This document shows, piece after piece, positions 38,601 to 52,460 of a stretch of 64,000 bases of DNA; positions within the stretch are counted from its first letter, which is position 1; each line of letters begins with the position of its first letter. The notes beneath the pieces are model-generated. The model made no database searches, had not been told where the DNA came from, and saw only the letters and a program-made list of their open reading frames with translations. Both the position numbers and the translations under genes were made by a program. This stretch comes from Paraglomus brasilianum (taxonomy: Eukaryota), in assembly GCA_910592345.1 (NCBI GenBank), contig CAJVPI010000038.1, forward strand, positions 1 to 64,000, written 5' to 3'.

Positions 38601-39825
38601 CGGTTAGTATTAATAGGATCGTATTTGAATGGTAGATATTTGTATCGAAAGAGCAGCTAACAAGCATATTTCTTGTATCATGTGGGCAGCTATAAAAACT
38701 TCGCGGAGAATTTTTCATCGCATGGAAAGTTATGTTCAATTTAGAGTCGCTCTTTCGCTCCATGTCTTATTATGTAAGCGTCACCACATGCTAATATTTC
38801 GCATTGATCAAAGTGTATAACTGGTAGTTTCAATTTACAGATTTGACAACAGCCATTATCATCTTTGGTACATCACCTATAAACTTGACAATGATTGGTA
38901 AGTTAGCATTTTAGCGTAAACATCCGTCAAACCATTGCTAATGGACGCGTACTCTTGTGCAACAGTTTTTATTGCCATATTCAGTGACATATCTACTTTG
39001 GTAAGCACATGAAGAATTATCATCTCACATTCTTTCTAGTAAGCATTAACTCAAACTATCACAACCCTGCAATTTGGAGAAAACAGATGATTGCGTGAGT
39101 AGTTAGTAAAATGGTTTGTTTTGCACACGACTATTTTTCCTCAGTGCTGATAACATAATCCTGCAATCAGATATGATCGAGCGCCGTATTCACAAGTACC
39201 TGTCAAGTGGGATATGTCCTTGCTCCTTTTTCGTGCTTTCATACTTGGGATTTGTCTCGCTATCGGGACGTGGATTATTCACGCAGTTACTCTGGTAGAC
39301 CCTGAATACATGGGGAATACGACAGCGGCCGCTTTTTTAGGTAGTACATAATTAAGTGCAAATAAGCAATCCGTGTACATGAATCTCACGTTCTTTTATT
39401 TATATTCAGAGGTTGCTTTAACCCAAAATTGGACAATCCTCAGTACTCGCACAGGTGGAGGCTTCTGGCGTTTTCTTCCCGGCTGGCAGCTGGTCTTGGC
39501 CATTCTAACTGTTGACATTGTGGCTTCAATCATGGTTCTTTTTCGAACGTTCGTTGATCCCATAAGTATCTTGGCCGTTGTTCGAATCTGGCTATACTGC
39601 CTTGGTGTGTTTTTATTTGTAGATTTTTGCAATATGATATTGACGAAAAGCAGGAGTTTGGGGAACGTCTGGAGCTCTAAAAGAGGGAAAGATAAGGCAC
39701 TATTGAAGCCATTGGAAGATCGTGTATTTGTACTTGCCAAGATCAGCGATATGCATGAAGTTGCGTCCAACAGTTGGAAAGGAAAGGATAAAAAGGGACA
39801 TGATGAGGAGAAGGAGATCGAGTGA
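35650..39825 (+). CDS. P-type ATPase, P3A plasma-membrane H+-ATPase family (divergent Pma1-like), about 18 exons
   Basis: [42 protein letters not shown] and FIAIFSD motifs reconstructed across GT-AG introns. Confidence 0.93.
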
Positions 39826-40766
39826 GCGAGCGAATGAGAATATTATGTAAACTTTTTCTAGGACGCGTAGTGGTGCAGATACTTGGTTTCTGGACCAACA
39901 TGTCTAATATCAATGTTTCATGTGAATTTCGGAAATCAAAAAGCAGGGTTATAGTCTGCTTTCTTGCATCTACAAAAAGTTTGACAGATTAGCATAAATT
40001 TAAATATCTCTCTATTTATTATACTTAATAAATTTTATGTTTTCAGACACCCTCTAGTCGTGAACTACAAAACGGTAATACTTGTGGGATTGCTTTTTAT
40101 TTAAAGTAATAAGTTGATGGAACGTCTATTCATTATAAATAAGTCAGTGATTGAGCAATAGTCTTATGAGGCCATAATCGTATATAATTTTTCGATTGCG
40201 TCAAATAAAGGTTAGCATAAATAAGTAGTACATTTATCTTAGCTATTTGTAAGCTTCGTGTCTTTTTACCTGCGCCGCATGATATCTTCTTTCTTTTCAG
40301 CATTCCAAATAATTAAAATAATTGCTCGGCGTTGTGGACATGCCCCAACATGAAAAATACCAAATTTTGTAAGAAAGCGTCTTGTCCTTGGTAAAATAAT
40401 ATAATTACATTGTTTCCACAAAACGTTGGTTGAATTTGGGGCACGTAGACTGGAGAGTTGTAGAATCAATATGAATCCCGATAATGCGATGGATCAAAAA
40501 CGAGAATTATTACCATCACAATTATAGTCATAAAGTAGAAGACTTGTTATATGTATGTACTATATATGCGAGTTGCATATACGTATATATAATAGTAATG
40601 GACCCATTATATCTCCTTTTTCAAAATGACGTTTCGCTATAAAGATACGTACATTTGTCCATCTGCTACATTTAGTATATAAATGCTTCTACGCGATAGT
40701 ATAAATCTTATCACGATACTATCGCAAATGCTTACTGTATATTAAAGACACGAGACTACTTAAATA

Positions 40767-41226
40767 CAGTCCCCGGCGAAAATAATGGCAGTGACAATCG
40801 TTTTTAACGTTTTTATAAAAATTAAATACAAAAATTGGTTATCTGCTACTATAGTAATATGTAAATGTATTATTACTTTTCTTATTTACTTAATATACCG
40901 GCATAATTAAAAATACCCTTGTCTTTATATTGGCATTTTAATAATCTCAGTGAGATTTGGATTGACTATAAACTTATAATAACAGTCTCAAATCTCTATA
41001 AGATGTTCGTTTTTAGACTTGTTAATTAAATTTATTACAAGTCGAAAAATATAAATTTTGCCTGATATAGTCTAATCTATTAATGTAAAAAAGCTTTTAC
41101 ATTTGCTTCTTGTCAACTTACTCAAAATTTTATTCATAATATTAGGTTTAAATTAATAGAGATCTAAAAGGAAGCCACTTTTCATCTTTTTTAAAAAATA
41201 ATAATACTGGCCGCCATTATTTTCGC
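40767..41226 (+). mobile_element. Non-autonomous Tc1/mariner-like element (same family as 910-1066)
   Basis: TA|CAGTCCCCGGCGAAAATAATGGC left end; partial inverted copy gccattattttcgc at 41213-41226. Confidence 0.7.
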
Positions 41227-42407
41227 TTGTAGCAATAGAATTTGGGCTTGCAAAACATACTGCTCGACGTGCATTTAAAAGCGATGGCCATCTAAATCGT
41301 CCAGATACTGCAGCTCAAAAGAAAGCTGTACGGGAATAAAGAAAAGCATGACAGATTTTACTGTACCGGCGATTTTGTGCTAATACTAATTTGATTTGCA
41401 ATCCCTTCCTTTTGCCATCGCATCTATTCTAAATATGTTCTAGTTTATTATTCAAATTACGCTGTGTTACAAACCTTCGATACTAACAAACAAACACGTT
41501 ATCGCTATGTTTGAGTCATTTCTCTTAATCTTTAGAAGAAAACGACCGAGAGCTCTGCCGATAGCAACTTGCGACCAAGGAGAGAAATTCTACGAGAACA
41601 ATACCCGATATAGTTTTTTAATAGAATGAATCTATACTTAAAGAAAGAGCGACTAATCTTTGATTGGCGGATTGCGCAATTCTTCAATCGCTCTATGAAT
41701 GAGTATGTGTGTTCACTACTGATTATTTATGCGGTGTCATTTATGATGATAAATACACTATTAAACACTATTTACCTATTACTATGTGCTTGCTATAATT
41801 GTCGCGTAGGTATTGTATTGTTGCCATAACTTCCAACTGCATTTGGATTTAGCACATTGTTCATTAACGACTTTACTGACAATGTTATCATTGTCCAGGA
41901 ATAATGAATGGTTTTCTGTGAGATTAATTATCGATCATGTAAATGTATGTGTAAAGCTATTATCGCATATTAATTTTCTTCATCTCTTATAATACGTATT
42001 ATACAATTTGACGCTTCTATCAAGATGCTCTCATTGAATAAAACGTTGAAAACTGACTGATATGTTGTCTATTGCATATATATACAGTATAATAAACTTC
42101 ATGCCATTATTACAAATTACAAATTTTGGGGGTAACAGTTCAGGTCACATGAAATTCTTGGCGCATACACAATTATAATTGGTCGATACGAAATCCATGC
42201 ATGTGGGAACTCGCTATACATTATAAAGTTATGGAGGCTTTGTTCGAGGCACAGAAGAACTTTTAGCAATAGACGATACTACGTCCAATTTCACTCATTC
42301 AGAAATTCGGTGTTTAATTTTACGGTCTATACTGAAGTGGGTAGAGAAGGATAACGTACAAGCAGTGCCTAGTGGATAGAGTTATTTATATATAAACAGA
42401 AATAGAT

Positions 42408-45400
42408 ATGGGTATTCCAAAGTTTTTCCGTTGGATGAGGTACGTGGATAATGTCTACTTGACCAGACAATGTGAATTGTGGAACGAATTCATATAGATG
42501 ATTTTACAGCAGTTAATTAGCCGTTTGTGCAAATGCGTGTTTTTATATATACTTTCTAAACTTTGATACGATTTTTGTAGCGAGCGATATCCGCTCTGTA
42601 GTCAGCTAATTACGGAAAGTAGGTAAGTACAAGAATTCGCGGTTTTTTCTTGTTGGGCTTGGCTTGGGCCGAAAATTGTTCACATCATGTCGTGCAATGA
42701 CCGCTAATGTTCACTTATGCGCTTTGTATAGAATTCCAGAATTCGGTGTGTGTTTGGTATTTGATTACACAAATCGAAACGCAATTGGTTTTACTCTCTT
42801 GTATTAACTTATTTTGATTTCGCTTATTGCATTGTAGACAATTTATACCTCGATATGAACGGTATCATTCATCAATGCTCTCACCCAAATGACGTGGATG
42901 CACATTATCGTATATCGGAAGAGAAGATCTTTATTGATATTTTTAACTATATCGATCATCTGTTTACTAAAATAAAACCAAAAAAACTATTCTTTATGGC
43001 CGTTGATGGTGATTATTCGAACACTGTTGGTCTATTGTACAATAATAGTTTTACTAATATAATTTGCGTAGGAGTGGCACCGCGGGCCAAGATGAATCAG
43101 CAACGCTCCCGACGGTTTAGAACCGCTAAAGAAGCTGCAGATGCCATTGAAAAGGCTAAAGCAAAAGGGGAGGAGTTACCTAAGGAGCCACCGTTTGATA
43201 GTAATTGTATTACGCCAGGTTGGAACAGAAATAAACTAGATAATTTATTTTGATATTGTGATTGTATTGCAAGTATATGACTAAATCTGCGCTATCACAG
43301 GCACGCTGTTTATGAAAAAATTGTCAATTCAACTCGAATACTTTGTACATAAGAAAGTTTCAGAGGATGCGAATTGGCGTGACGTGGAAGTGATATTATC
43401 AGGGCACGAAGTTCCCGGTGAGGGAGAGCACAAAATCATGGAATACATTCGAACGGCAAAGGCACAGCCCGATTACAACCCGAACGTAAGGCACTGCTTG
43501 TATGGGTTGGATGCGGATTTGATTATGCTTGGGCTATTAAGCCATGATCCACACTTTGCCCTCCTTAGAGAGGAGGTCACTTTTGGTCCAAGAAAGAGAA
43601 AGAAAGGGTCGGTGAAACTCAGAAAGGCATTCGGTTGATTATCGTGTTTGGCTTGAATATAACGAATTCATTTATTTATTATAGAGGAGTAGAATCACAA
43701 AGCTTTTATTTAATGCACATTTCTCTTCTGCGCGAGTACTTGGATCTCGAGTTTTCAGCCTTACGAGACCTTCTTCCGTTTGATTATGATTTCGAGAGAA
43801 TAATCGACGACTTTGTCTTACTCGCGCTATTCATTGGAAATGATTTTGTACCACATTTACCTAAATTGCACATTGCAGAAGGGGCATTGGGTCTAATGTT
43901 TAAAGTATATAAACGAATTCTACCGGAAGCAGGTATGACCACTTGCACATTATCCGAAATATTCTCGATTGTTCATTTTCTAAAGGCAATTCATCCATCC
44001 TATAGGCGGGTACATTAATGACGGCGGCACTTTAAATATGGAGAGATTAGAACTTCTTTTTAAAGAATTATCGCAATTCGAGCGAGAAGTTTTTGAGAAT
44101 GACCGCGATGATGCTAAGTGGTTCAAGGGAAAACGAAAACCTGTTCTAAGTGAAGCGGATGTAGAGACAACAAAAAAAGACAACGGATTTGGTACGAGGC
44201 TTTGTTTTTATACCTAATCCTGCTCTATCGGGTGTAGTATTCATATATCATCGCTGTCTCGTATCCAGAAATGACACCGAAGCAGCGCGAAATATATGAG
44301 CAAATAAAAAATTTTGTAACCTCCAAAGACCAAGATGCTCTTCACTTCCCCCCCGATTATCCGGCAAGAGACAGAAAGTTTATCCAAGATCTAGCCGCTG
44401 ATTTGGGTATTCGTCACGCCATTGAATACCACGAAGTGAATAACGAAAAACATGTATACGTCGAATTTAATTCGGATAGTGAAGACGAAGATGACTCGCG
44501 GGAGGAAGTATGGAAGAAATATGAAGAAGCAGATATTGTAGACGAGTCACAAATAAATATCGAAGAAATTGAGAAGCAGAAATATGAAGAGAGGTTTGAC
44601 AAATGGAAGAGGGACTATTATCTTACGAAGATGGACCTGGATTATGATGACAGTGAACAAATGTACCAACTTGTTCGCTCGTATATAGAAGGATTGCAGT
44701 GGGTACTTCACTACTATTATACTGGTGTTGCCTCGTGGGGATGGTTTTTCCGTTATCATTACGCGCCAAAGATTTCAGGCATGTTTGACAATATCCCGTT
44801 CGCTTTTTATATGTTTTCATTTTCCATAATATTGTACTGACGCAATGCTTCAAATATAGATCTTCAGGATCTGGACAGATTCAAAGATTTGAAGTTTGAT
44901 CTTGGTACACCATTTAGACCATTTGAGCAGCTAATGGGAGTCCTACCCGAAGGCAGTAAAACGTTATTACCGACAATTATCCAGGTATTACTTCATCCAC
45001 GTGTCTTTTTGTAATTAAATCGCTCTTGCTTACTAATAACGCGCTGTTTCGATATAGGATTTGATGGTCAATCCAAATTCACCAATTATAGACTTTTATC
45101 CGAAAGACTTTGATACAGACATGAACGGAAAGAAAGCGGATTGGGAAGCTGTTGTTAAAATTCCGTTCATAGATGAAAAGCGATTAATTAAAGCTTTGAA
45201 AGGTTTGTGATAAACAGTAATATATTTACACAATAGTTAACGTTTTTGGCGAAGGGTTATCAAACTAACCAATTGAATTGTAGAGAAAGAACACTTACTG
45301 ACCGACGAAGAAAAGGAAAGAAACAGTTTCAAGGAAAGTCTGAGATTCGTCTTTGATGAAAACGTGTCAGGGAAGTATCCTTCGCCAACGCCAGGTCGAT

Positions 45401-48229
45401 TCCCAGGTAGGCTCGTAGTTTCAATTAGTACAATTATGTGTGTATGAATGCACTTACCAACGCCTATAATTACAATAGAAATAAATATTCGATGTCGAGT
45501 CGAGACATATAACCTGCCTGTTGTCAAGAGCGTTGAATTTGTTAAAGGACTTTGTAACGGAGTACAGCTTGGAGCTAAAGCCATGGCCGGATTTCCATCT
45601 TTGGAGACTATCCCTCATAGTGGTGAAATTAAGAAACACGGTGTTAATGTCTTCAATTCCGAGAGCAGGTACATAATTCGACGAGGCGTCAAATCACAGT
45701 GTTAACCCGGATATATCATAACGCTTATCAAACTCTCATTTGCTTGTTGCAATTAATAATGCAGAAACGAGACGATTGTTATCACTCTATACAATGTGTA
45801 TGAAAATGTAGAAACTAAAGCAATTGCCCAAGAAAAGGTTGGCAAGAGGATATTTGTTGGTAAGTTTAATATAATAATGTATATCAAGCAGTTACATAAC
45901 GACATGAGTTACAAGACGATTTATCTCGCATTAGGCTGGCCATTTTTGCAAGAAGGTCTCGTGAATGCTATATCAGATTCAAATTTCCGATACGAGTTGT
46001 CTACTCAAGCAGACGGAACAACCGAAATCATTGAGAAAAAACATAGACCAGATGTTGCTGACCACTGGAAAAGGAGAGGGGCCAAGCTGGAACACGAATA
46101 TAGCAAAAGAAGAGGGACTATTATTGGAAGTGTTAACGTATTGGTTCATGTGAGAATGCTGAAAGGTGCGAAGATTGTCATGTTTATCTGATATAGTGTG
46201 TTTATAATTCACTCATCTCTGCGGAATACATAGGTCTGAAGCACAAGGATGATGGATCTCTAGTTAAAGAATATTTGCCTCCAGAGCAAGAGACAGAGTA
46301 CGCTATGCAGACAGTGGTTGAGAATGTCGAATGCGAGGATGCGAGGTACGCCGAACAGCCGGCTCTACTTATCTCAGAAGAATTTCCGCGGTTTACAGAA
46401 GTATTCTTTTTGGGGAATGTCAACTACGGATGCCCTGCTTGTGTGGTAGGACACTCGAAGAAATCGCTTGCGGTCCAATTGGTATAAACTATAATTTCTT
46501 TGATGTTCCATTTGAGAATTACATGTAGCAGTTAGCCATACTTAACATTATTGATTAACCTATCAGGCTGCCACAGTTCGTTCTGGAGATGATCTTTTAT
46601 TTGGCTTGGAAGTAGCTAATCAGTTTCGCCAACGAATTCGATATCATCATTCGTACAACGTGGCGAAAAAAGTTGGCATAGTTGGACTGGCACTGAGCAA
46701 GCTAACATCAAGCTTGCATGTGATCGGTGAACAGCATCATCGTGTCAATCTGGGTCTGAACTTGAAGTTTGAGGCGAAGAAGCAGAAGGTTCTGGGTTAT
46801 ACACAGAAGGCAGCAGAGGGTGGATGGGACTATAGTGATAAAGCAATTGAATTGGTAGCAGAATACAAGGTCCGTGTGTTGTGTGTTCAGATACTTGTTA
46901 CAGGACGATTTGATGATTTTACTAACTTTGGCAATTATCTTACATTAGAGAAAGTTTCCAGAATTTATTGCAGCCCTAGAAAGTAAACAAAAAGATGGTA
47001 AATATTTGGCAATACATCTATTTGTCTCGCTTATCTTTTTAATAGTCGCAATATACTATTGTTGCCATTCCAGATATTTATCGTGCGGAAGATTTCTATC
47101 CTCGAGAGATTGCATCAGCGAAGATACAGGAAATTAAGTCATGGTTGAACACAGTTGAAGTCAGCGACCTCGAAAGGGTATCGCTTGAGGCGGAGCAGTT
47201 GGATAAGGAGGCAATAGCAGAGATTGAAAAGCGTGCAGAACAGTTTGTATGCCACGAAAATGATTTCAAGAAAGTTGTAGTCAAGAATATTCCACGACAG
47301 GTATAAAATATAATAGTATATGTAAAACATAAATATAGCTGATTTTATTGTGGAACTCATCTTTCGGAGCCTGTATTGTAATTACATTTCGCGCTAAGAC
47401 ATGTTTTATTTTCCAAACTCAATATAAGGCTTTGCTCAAACCATCACAAGCCGCCAATCGCCTGCAGGATCAAGTATTCCGTCTGGGTGATCGAGTTGTG
47501 CATGTGCAAGATTCGGGAAGTGCACCTATTGCAGCTAAGGGTATTGTCATTGGGATTGATTCTAATAACATCGATGTTGTATTTGATGTTTCTTTCATAA
47601 GCGGAACTACGCTAGGCGACAGGTGAGTGCAATTGGTATTAAACTTTTTTTTAAAACTAATTAACTTCATGCTTATATCCCTCACGTTCAATAGATGTTC
47701 GCCGTATCGTGGTATGACGGTGCTCAACTCTTCTTTGTTAAATCTTTCATATCGTCAATATGGACCCAAGTATGGACGACAAGCTGATCATCGGAATCAC
47801 GCAGGAGCAAAATATTCTGATGTTGGAAGAGCTCAATCCAATATGAACCATTCGCGCGGCAATAATGCTATACATGGTCGTGGCAACAATCAAGTAGCTA
47901 CAGCCTCTCGTGCACGCGGAGCTGCAGCCGGTAGCATGAACGGACGTGGATCCGTCAACGGGCATGCACATTCAAAGTCTTCTGCCGACGGTGGATTTGG
48001 TCGGTCCCGGCCATATGGTCAGCAAGGTAATTTCAGATATGGGAATGGACACGCTGGGCATTTCCATGATCAATTTGGCCATCGCGGTGGATATGGGGGT
48101 TCACGTAGTAATGTTCCAGGATTTGTTCCGGGTGGGCGTGGTGCTTCTGGACACAACCAGAGGGGGAATGGTCGAGGTGGAGCGTTCCCTAATACTGCGT
48201 CACATCGTGGTGGAAGGGGACGAAGTTGA
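42408..48229 (+). CDS. XRN1: 5'-3' exoribonuclease 1, multi-exon, with RG/RGG-rich C-terminal tail
   Basis: [78 protein letters not shown] motifs. Confidence 0.97.
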
Positions 48230-50178
48230 TTTGATAGCGAAAGATGTGATATTTGTGGGTAGCAGTACTTTATTTACTCTGGCTCATAGACAAGTTTGGT
48301 CTCTAATGTGTAATATAACCTGCAATAATTTGTTTATATCAATCGAATTGCATTTCTTAAGTTATTATTCTATATACGCTTTATCATGTAATTTTGATCC
48401 CTGTTCCATAGTTTTCCCTTTCAAACGAGTTGATTAGTTGAAATGTTGATAGAGATAGTCGACGTGTAAATGGAGATAAACAAACAATACTTGGGAAATG
48501 CATTACAACCCAATTGGGTATTGTCTAGACGCCAAATAAAATGACAGTGGAGATGAGCAATATCCCATGCTTCCCCCTTTCCCCCTTTCCTCTCTTTGTC
48601 TATTTTAACAATAACATGTAAGGGCTTAAAACAATATTCAACAATTCGATACGCCTGATAGAGGCAAGGTACTAACTTTCACATATTCAGCCGAATTTAT
48701 ATCACAATAGGATGGGAATAAAAGTCCCCTATTAGATCAACATTCTTGCAATATCGAAAACACCTAGTTAGCACCAATTAAATGAATTATTTATTCTTAA
48801 AGAGTTGACGAAACCATTTTTATTGATGCATCGGAATATTGAGACGAGCTCAAGGTAATCAAAAGAACGTTCGAATTAAGGGGAAAGCATATTGGTTTCA
48901 AGATTTCGTCTTCACATTTTCTTGTGAGAATCAACAGAGTCGTCAGAGTCAACAACATTGTTAAAGAAGAGGAAAAATAGTGTAGTTCATAAATATAATT
49001 GTATTAAGGCTGTTCCGCTTTTGTCTAAAGTTTCCCTTACGATACCTCGTGATTCTATTTGCCAATGAGGTTCGTAACATTTTTTATTTTATTTTATTAA
49101 TACTAATACTACTATTACACTAATACTAATGTTAATATGCTATATTGAGACCTTGTGCCAAGCAGTAGAGAGGGGTATACTCATTGAACGTAACTTTCTG
49201 ATTTAGTTTGACAGATTTAACATTTGAAATCTGGAATAAACCAGTTTGCCATCAGTCAGACCGGGCGTTGGCATTACTTTTCTCCGATAGGTTTGACGAT
49301 CGTACGTTACACTTACGACATGTGAGAATGCTCTTATACTACTATTACTATACTAAATATTCGGACACTTGACTCAAACGTTAATTATTGCACAAGGCAG
49401 ATAGATAATCACAATTGCAACATCTGTCAATCTGAACTTTTTATTGTAATATAAACATCATTGATATTTGATGTCGATTTACATCTGTAAAATAAAAAAA
49501 AAAGATTAAAGAGAAAAGAAAAAAGAAAATAAAAGAAAATAAAAAAGGGGGAAGTGCCGGATGAGGAAGCCGAAACTTTCGTCATCTGGTTAAAATAATA
49601 AAGAGACCCATTGTCCTCGCAACTCGAAGCGCCTGTCAAAAACGCTTGTCTCAATATGTAGAAGTCCGATCGTAATAAAATGTCTTTTTTATGCACAATG
49701 CAACAAGCAATTGGGGAAATATACAAACGTGAGTTGAGAAATAAAAAGATATCGAAAGCAAACAATAAAAAAAATAATTAGAATTAAAAAACCAAGCATA
49801 TTAATAAATGTTCTTTTTGTGCGATCGGACGATGGAAAACGTAACTGCCAGACTTTCTGGTGTTGGAAATATTACTGAGATTTGTAGTTTTTTTTTGTAA
49901 TTGTATAAAATAGAAACCTGAAAAGAAATCAAGTAAATAGAGAGAAATATCTGAACAGTCGATATATGCAAAGTAGAATATATATATATATATATATCTC
50001 ACAGGCTAACAATTTGCCCATTGAATAATAAAAACCCCTCCCCCAATCCAACCCCCCCCCTCTCTCTCTCCCCTCCCCCAAAATAACCCTTTTTTTTTTG
50101 TTTATATTATTTCCCAATTCCCTAAAGAGGCCTTTTCCTCCGGTATTCCCTAACAGATCCCTCTCTATGACCCATGCC

Positions 50179-51941
50179 TTATCGAGTCAAATTGGTGAAA
50201 CAGGGTAACCTCCTGCGCCGTCCACATTCTTGTATGCCATTCCCCGAGAAATACGCATCTGTGAACGCCCGCAACGACGCATTCGATGAATGAGGCATCA
50301 GATTCTTCTCGTTGTGAATGAAGCAACATCGACGGCCATATGGACAAGCACCTTTCTCCCAGAAAGTCTTGCAGATTTCTGTCTTGTACTTGGGATGCTT
50401 CTTTACTTCACGCAACTCTGTGGAAGAATGTGCAAATTGACACTTGACACCATATCTAAATGATTACATAATACAAAATTTAATAATCTCAATGCATATA
50501 TGTACTGCATAGTATCGTATCAGACAAAAACTTACCGACAATCCCCTTTTTCTTCCCAATTCCTACACATTTCAGTCTTGTACAATGTGGCTTTCTTCTG
50601 TTCCTTTTCTATCTCGGCAGAAGATTTGTCTTGTATGATCTTGTTCCGAGCAACGTTGATAACAACATTATTCTCAACCGTATTAATATTCTTTTTATCT
50701 GTCATAGGCGCATTATTTATTTGATAGTTCTTGCCAGCATCGTCTCTAATATGCCCACGCTGAGTTGCGTTGTTCCCCAGATTGCTACCCCTTCTCGATT
50801 TAGCCATCGAGGGCTGGCTATTCGGTTGGGGTGCATTGAGAGGCTGCATCGGCGGGATTCTGTTATTATCATCTCTACATGTTACGAAAGGAGTTGTCCA
50901 AGTATCTACAAATGGTTTACTCGGCATCGGTAGCGGAACAGCGTTGCATGTCGGATGCTGCTTTGCTGAAAGATCACTCGTCGTACGAGAAGACCACATG
51001 GATGGGACGTCGTTGGAAATGGGTTGTTTATCAGATGGCGTTGGTGTAGAGTCAGACTGTGATCCATTCTGCCATCGCTGGGAATAGGGCGCTTTATACG
51101 TCGCATTAGCGGCCGCGTCGACAATGTTCTGCGAGTTGTGAGCAACAGGGTAAAAAAAGTTGCAGGAAAGGTCTAAACTCTCGGTAGGTGATCGTACTGG
51201 GATATCCACGTATTCTGAGGGTGGTTGAGGAATTTTAGGTGAGTTGAAATGCAGAGGCGATTCAAATTTTGTGTATTGATGTTCAGCCGCCTTGAATTTA
51301 TTTTTAATTTCTTGCCAGTTGTCAAGGCGACTATGGTTTCCATGCAGCAAAGCCTGTTGATTACAAATTGTACCTGTAGATCCTTGATTTGTTCCGTTCG
51401 GGACGGGCACGTGCGGTATATCGGTTAAATAGTTTATCTGATGATTATTGTGCGCAAGCGAAACGCCAATTGGTTTTCCTTTAGGATCGCGTGCAGGAAC
51501 TACCCAGGTCGGTAAGTTTTCCGCTATCATCGACACTAGTGTTGAATCGATCTCTTTGCATTCTGGGTTGTCTCTTCGTGTCAGTGCGTCTGGTGACATG
51601 GATTCGTTCAATTTCTGCTGAAGTCTGTTCATTGTTTTTCTAGCCAGTGGAGTTGGATCTGATAATGCTTTCTTTCGGGGCGACATTAGTTTCTTCCGTG
51701 GTGACATGGGTTCTGTGATGTCATCAACAAGTCGGCAAGACGCACACACATCTGATGGCTTGCACGTACACATGTCCTCTTCTGTGTATGAGGAGCGAGT
51801 GCTGGCGGGCGATAAGAGACTGGGATAACCGTAAATGTCTTTTCTATAAGACGTCAAACCGAATTCCTCTTCACTATCTTCCGATACCGAGGAAGATCTG
51901 GTGCTGATAGGCGGGGAAGGCATATCGATAATTGTCGTCAT
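50179..51941 (-). CDS. Tandem CCCH zinc-finger ARE-binding protein (TTP/Cth1-2/Zfs1 family); complement(join(50179..50455,50536..51941))
   Basis: LYKTEMCRNWEEKGDCR|YGVKCQFAH-x-KYKTEICKTFWEKGACPYGRRCCFIH: two C-x8-C-x5-C-x3-H fingers with YKTE lead-ins. Confidence 0.93.
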
Positions 51942-52407
51942 GGTGATGAGATAGCAACTTGTAGTACGGTCTGTAAATGCGATAGAGAACGTGGGAATAA
52001 GCAGAGAAAATGTCAGTACCGGTTTGTAGAAGTAATATCACGTGATTGTTTTGAATAAAGTTTTGAAATGGACGCTCTTGTATATTGATGGGGGATATTA
52101 ATTACTACAAGTCTACTAATACTACTTGAGCAATGATAAAACAGTGAATGACGCGAGAATTTGAGAGAGAAGCAAGACCGAGTATGTTGAGGGATCGAGT
52201 ATTTGGACGGTTGGTTTGTTGGTGTTTACAACGTAAGCAGTGATCGCATCGGTTGCAGGCATTCGATTGATGCAGAGGGTTGTAATGGTGATGTTGTGAT
52301 CAGGTATTAGACAATCAATAATGGGAAAGGGTAAGGAAGAAGGACGATTGCGAGTGGGTAAGGTGAAGAATGAGCGCGTTGCGCAGTATGGTTAGAGAAG
52401 GGGGTAG

Positions 52408-52460
52408 TGGTATGAGTGATATGAGTGATATGAGTGGTATGAGCGGTATGAGCAGTATGT
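52408..52460. repeat. 9-bp minisatellite, about 5 copies
   Basis: tatgagtga/tatgagtgg/tatgagcgg tandem units. Confidence 0.75.

Noticed and set aside
49400..50160. Autoregulatory AU-rich elements in the CCCH gene 3' UTR
   Set aside because: U-rich, but I could not find a clean UUAUUUAUU nonamer.
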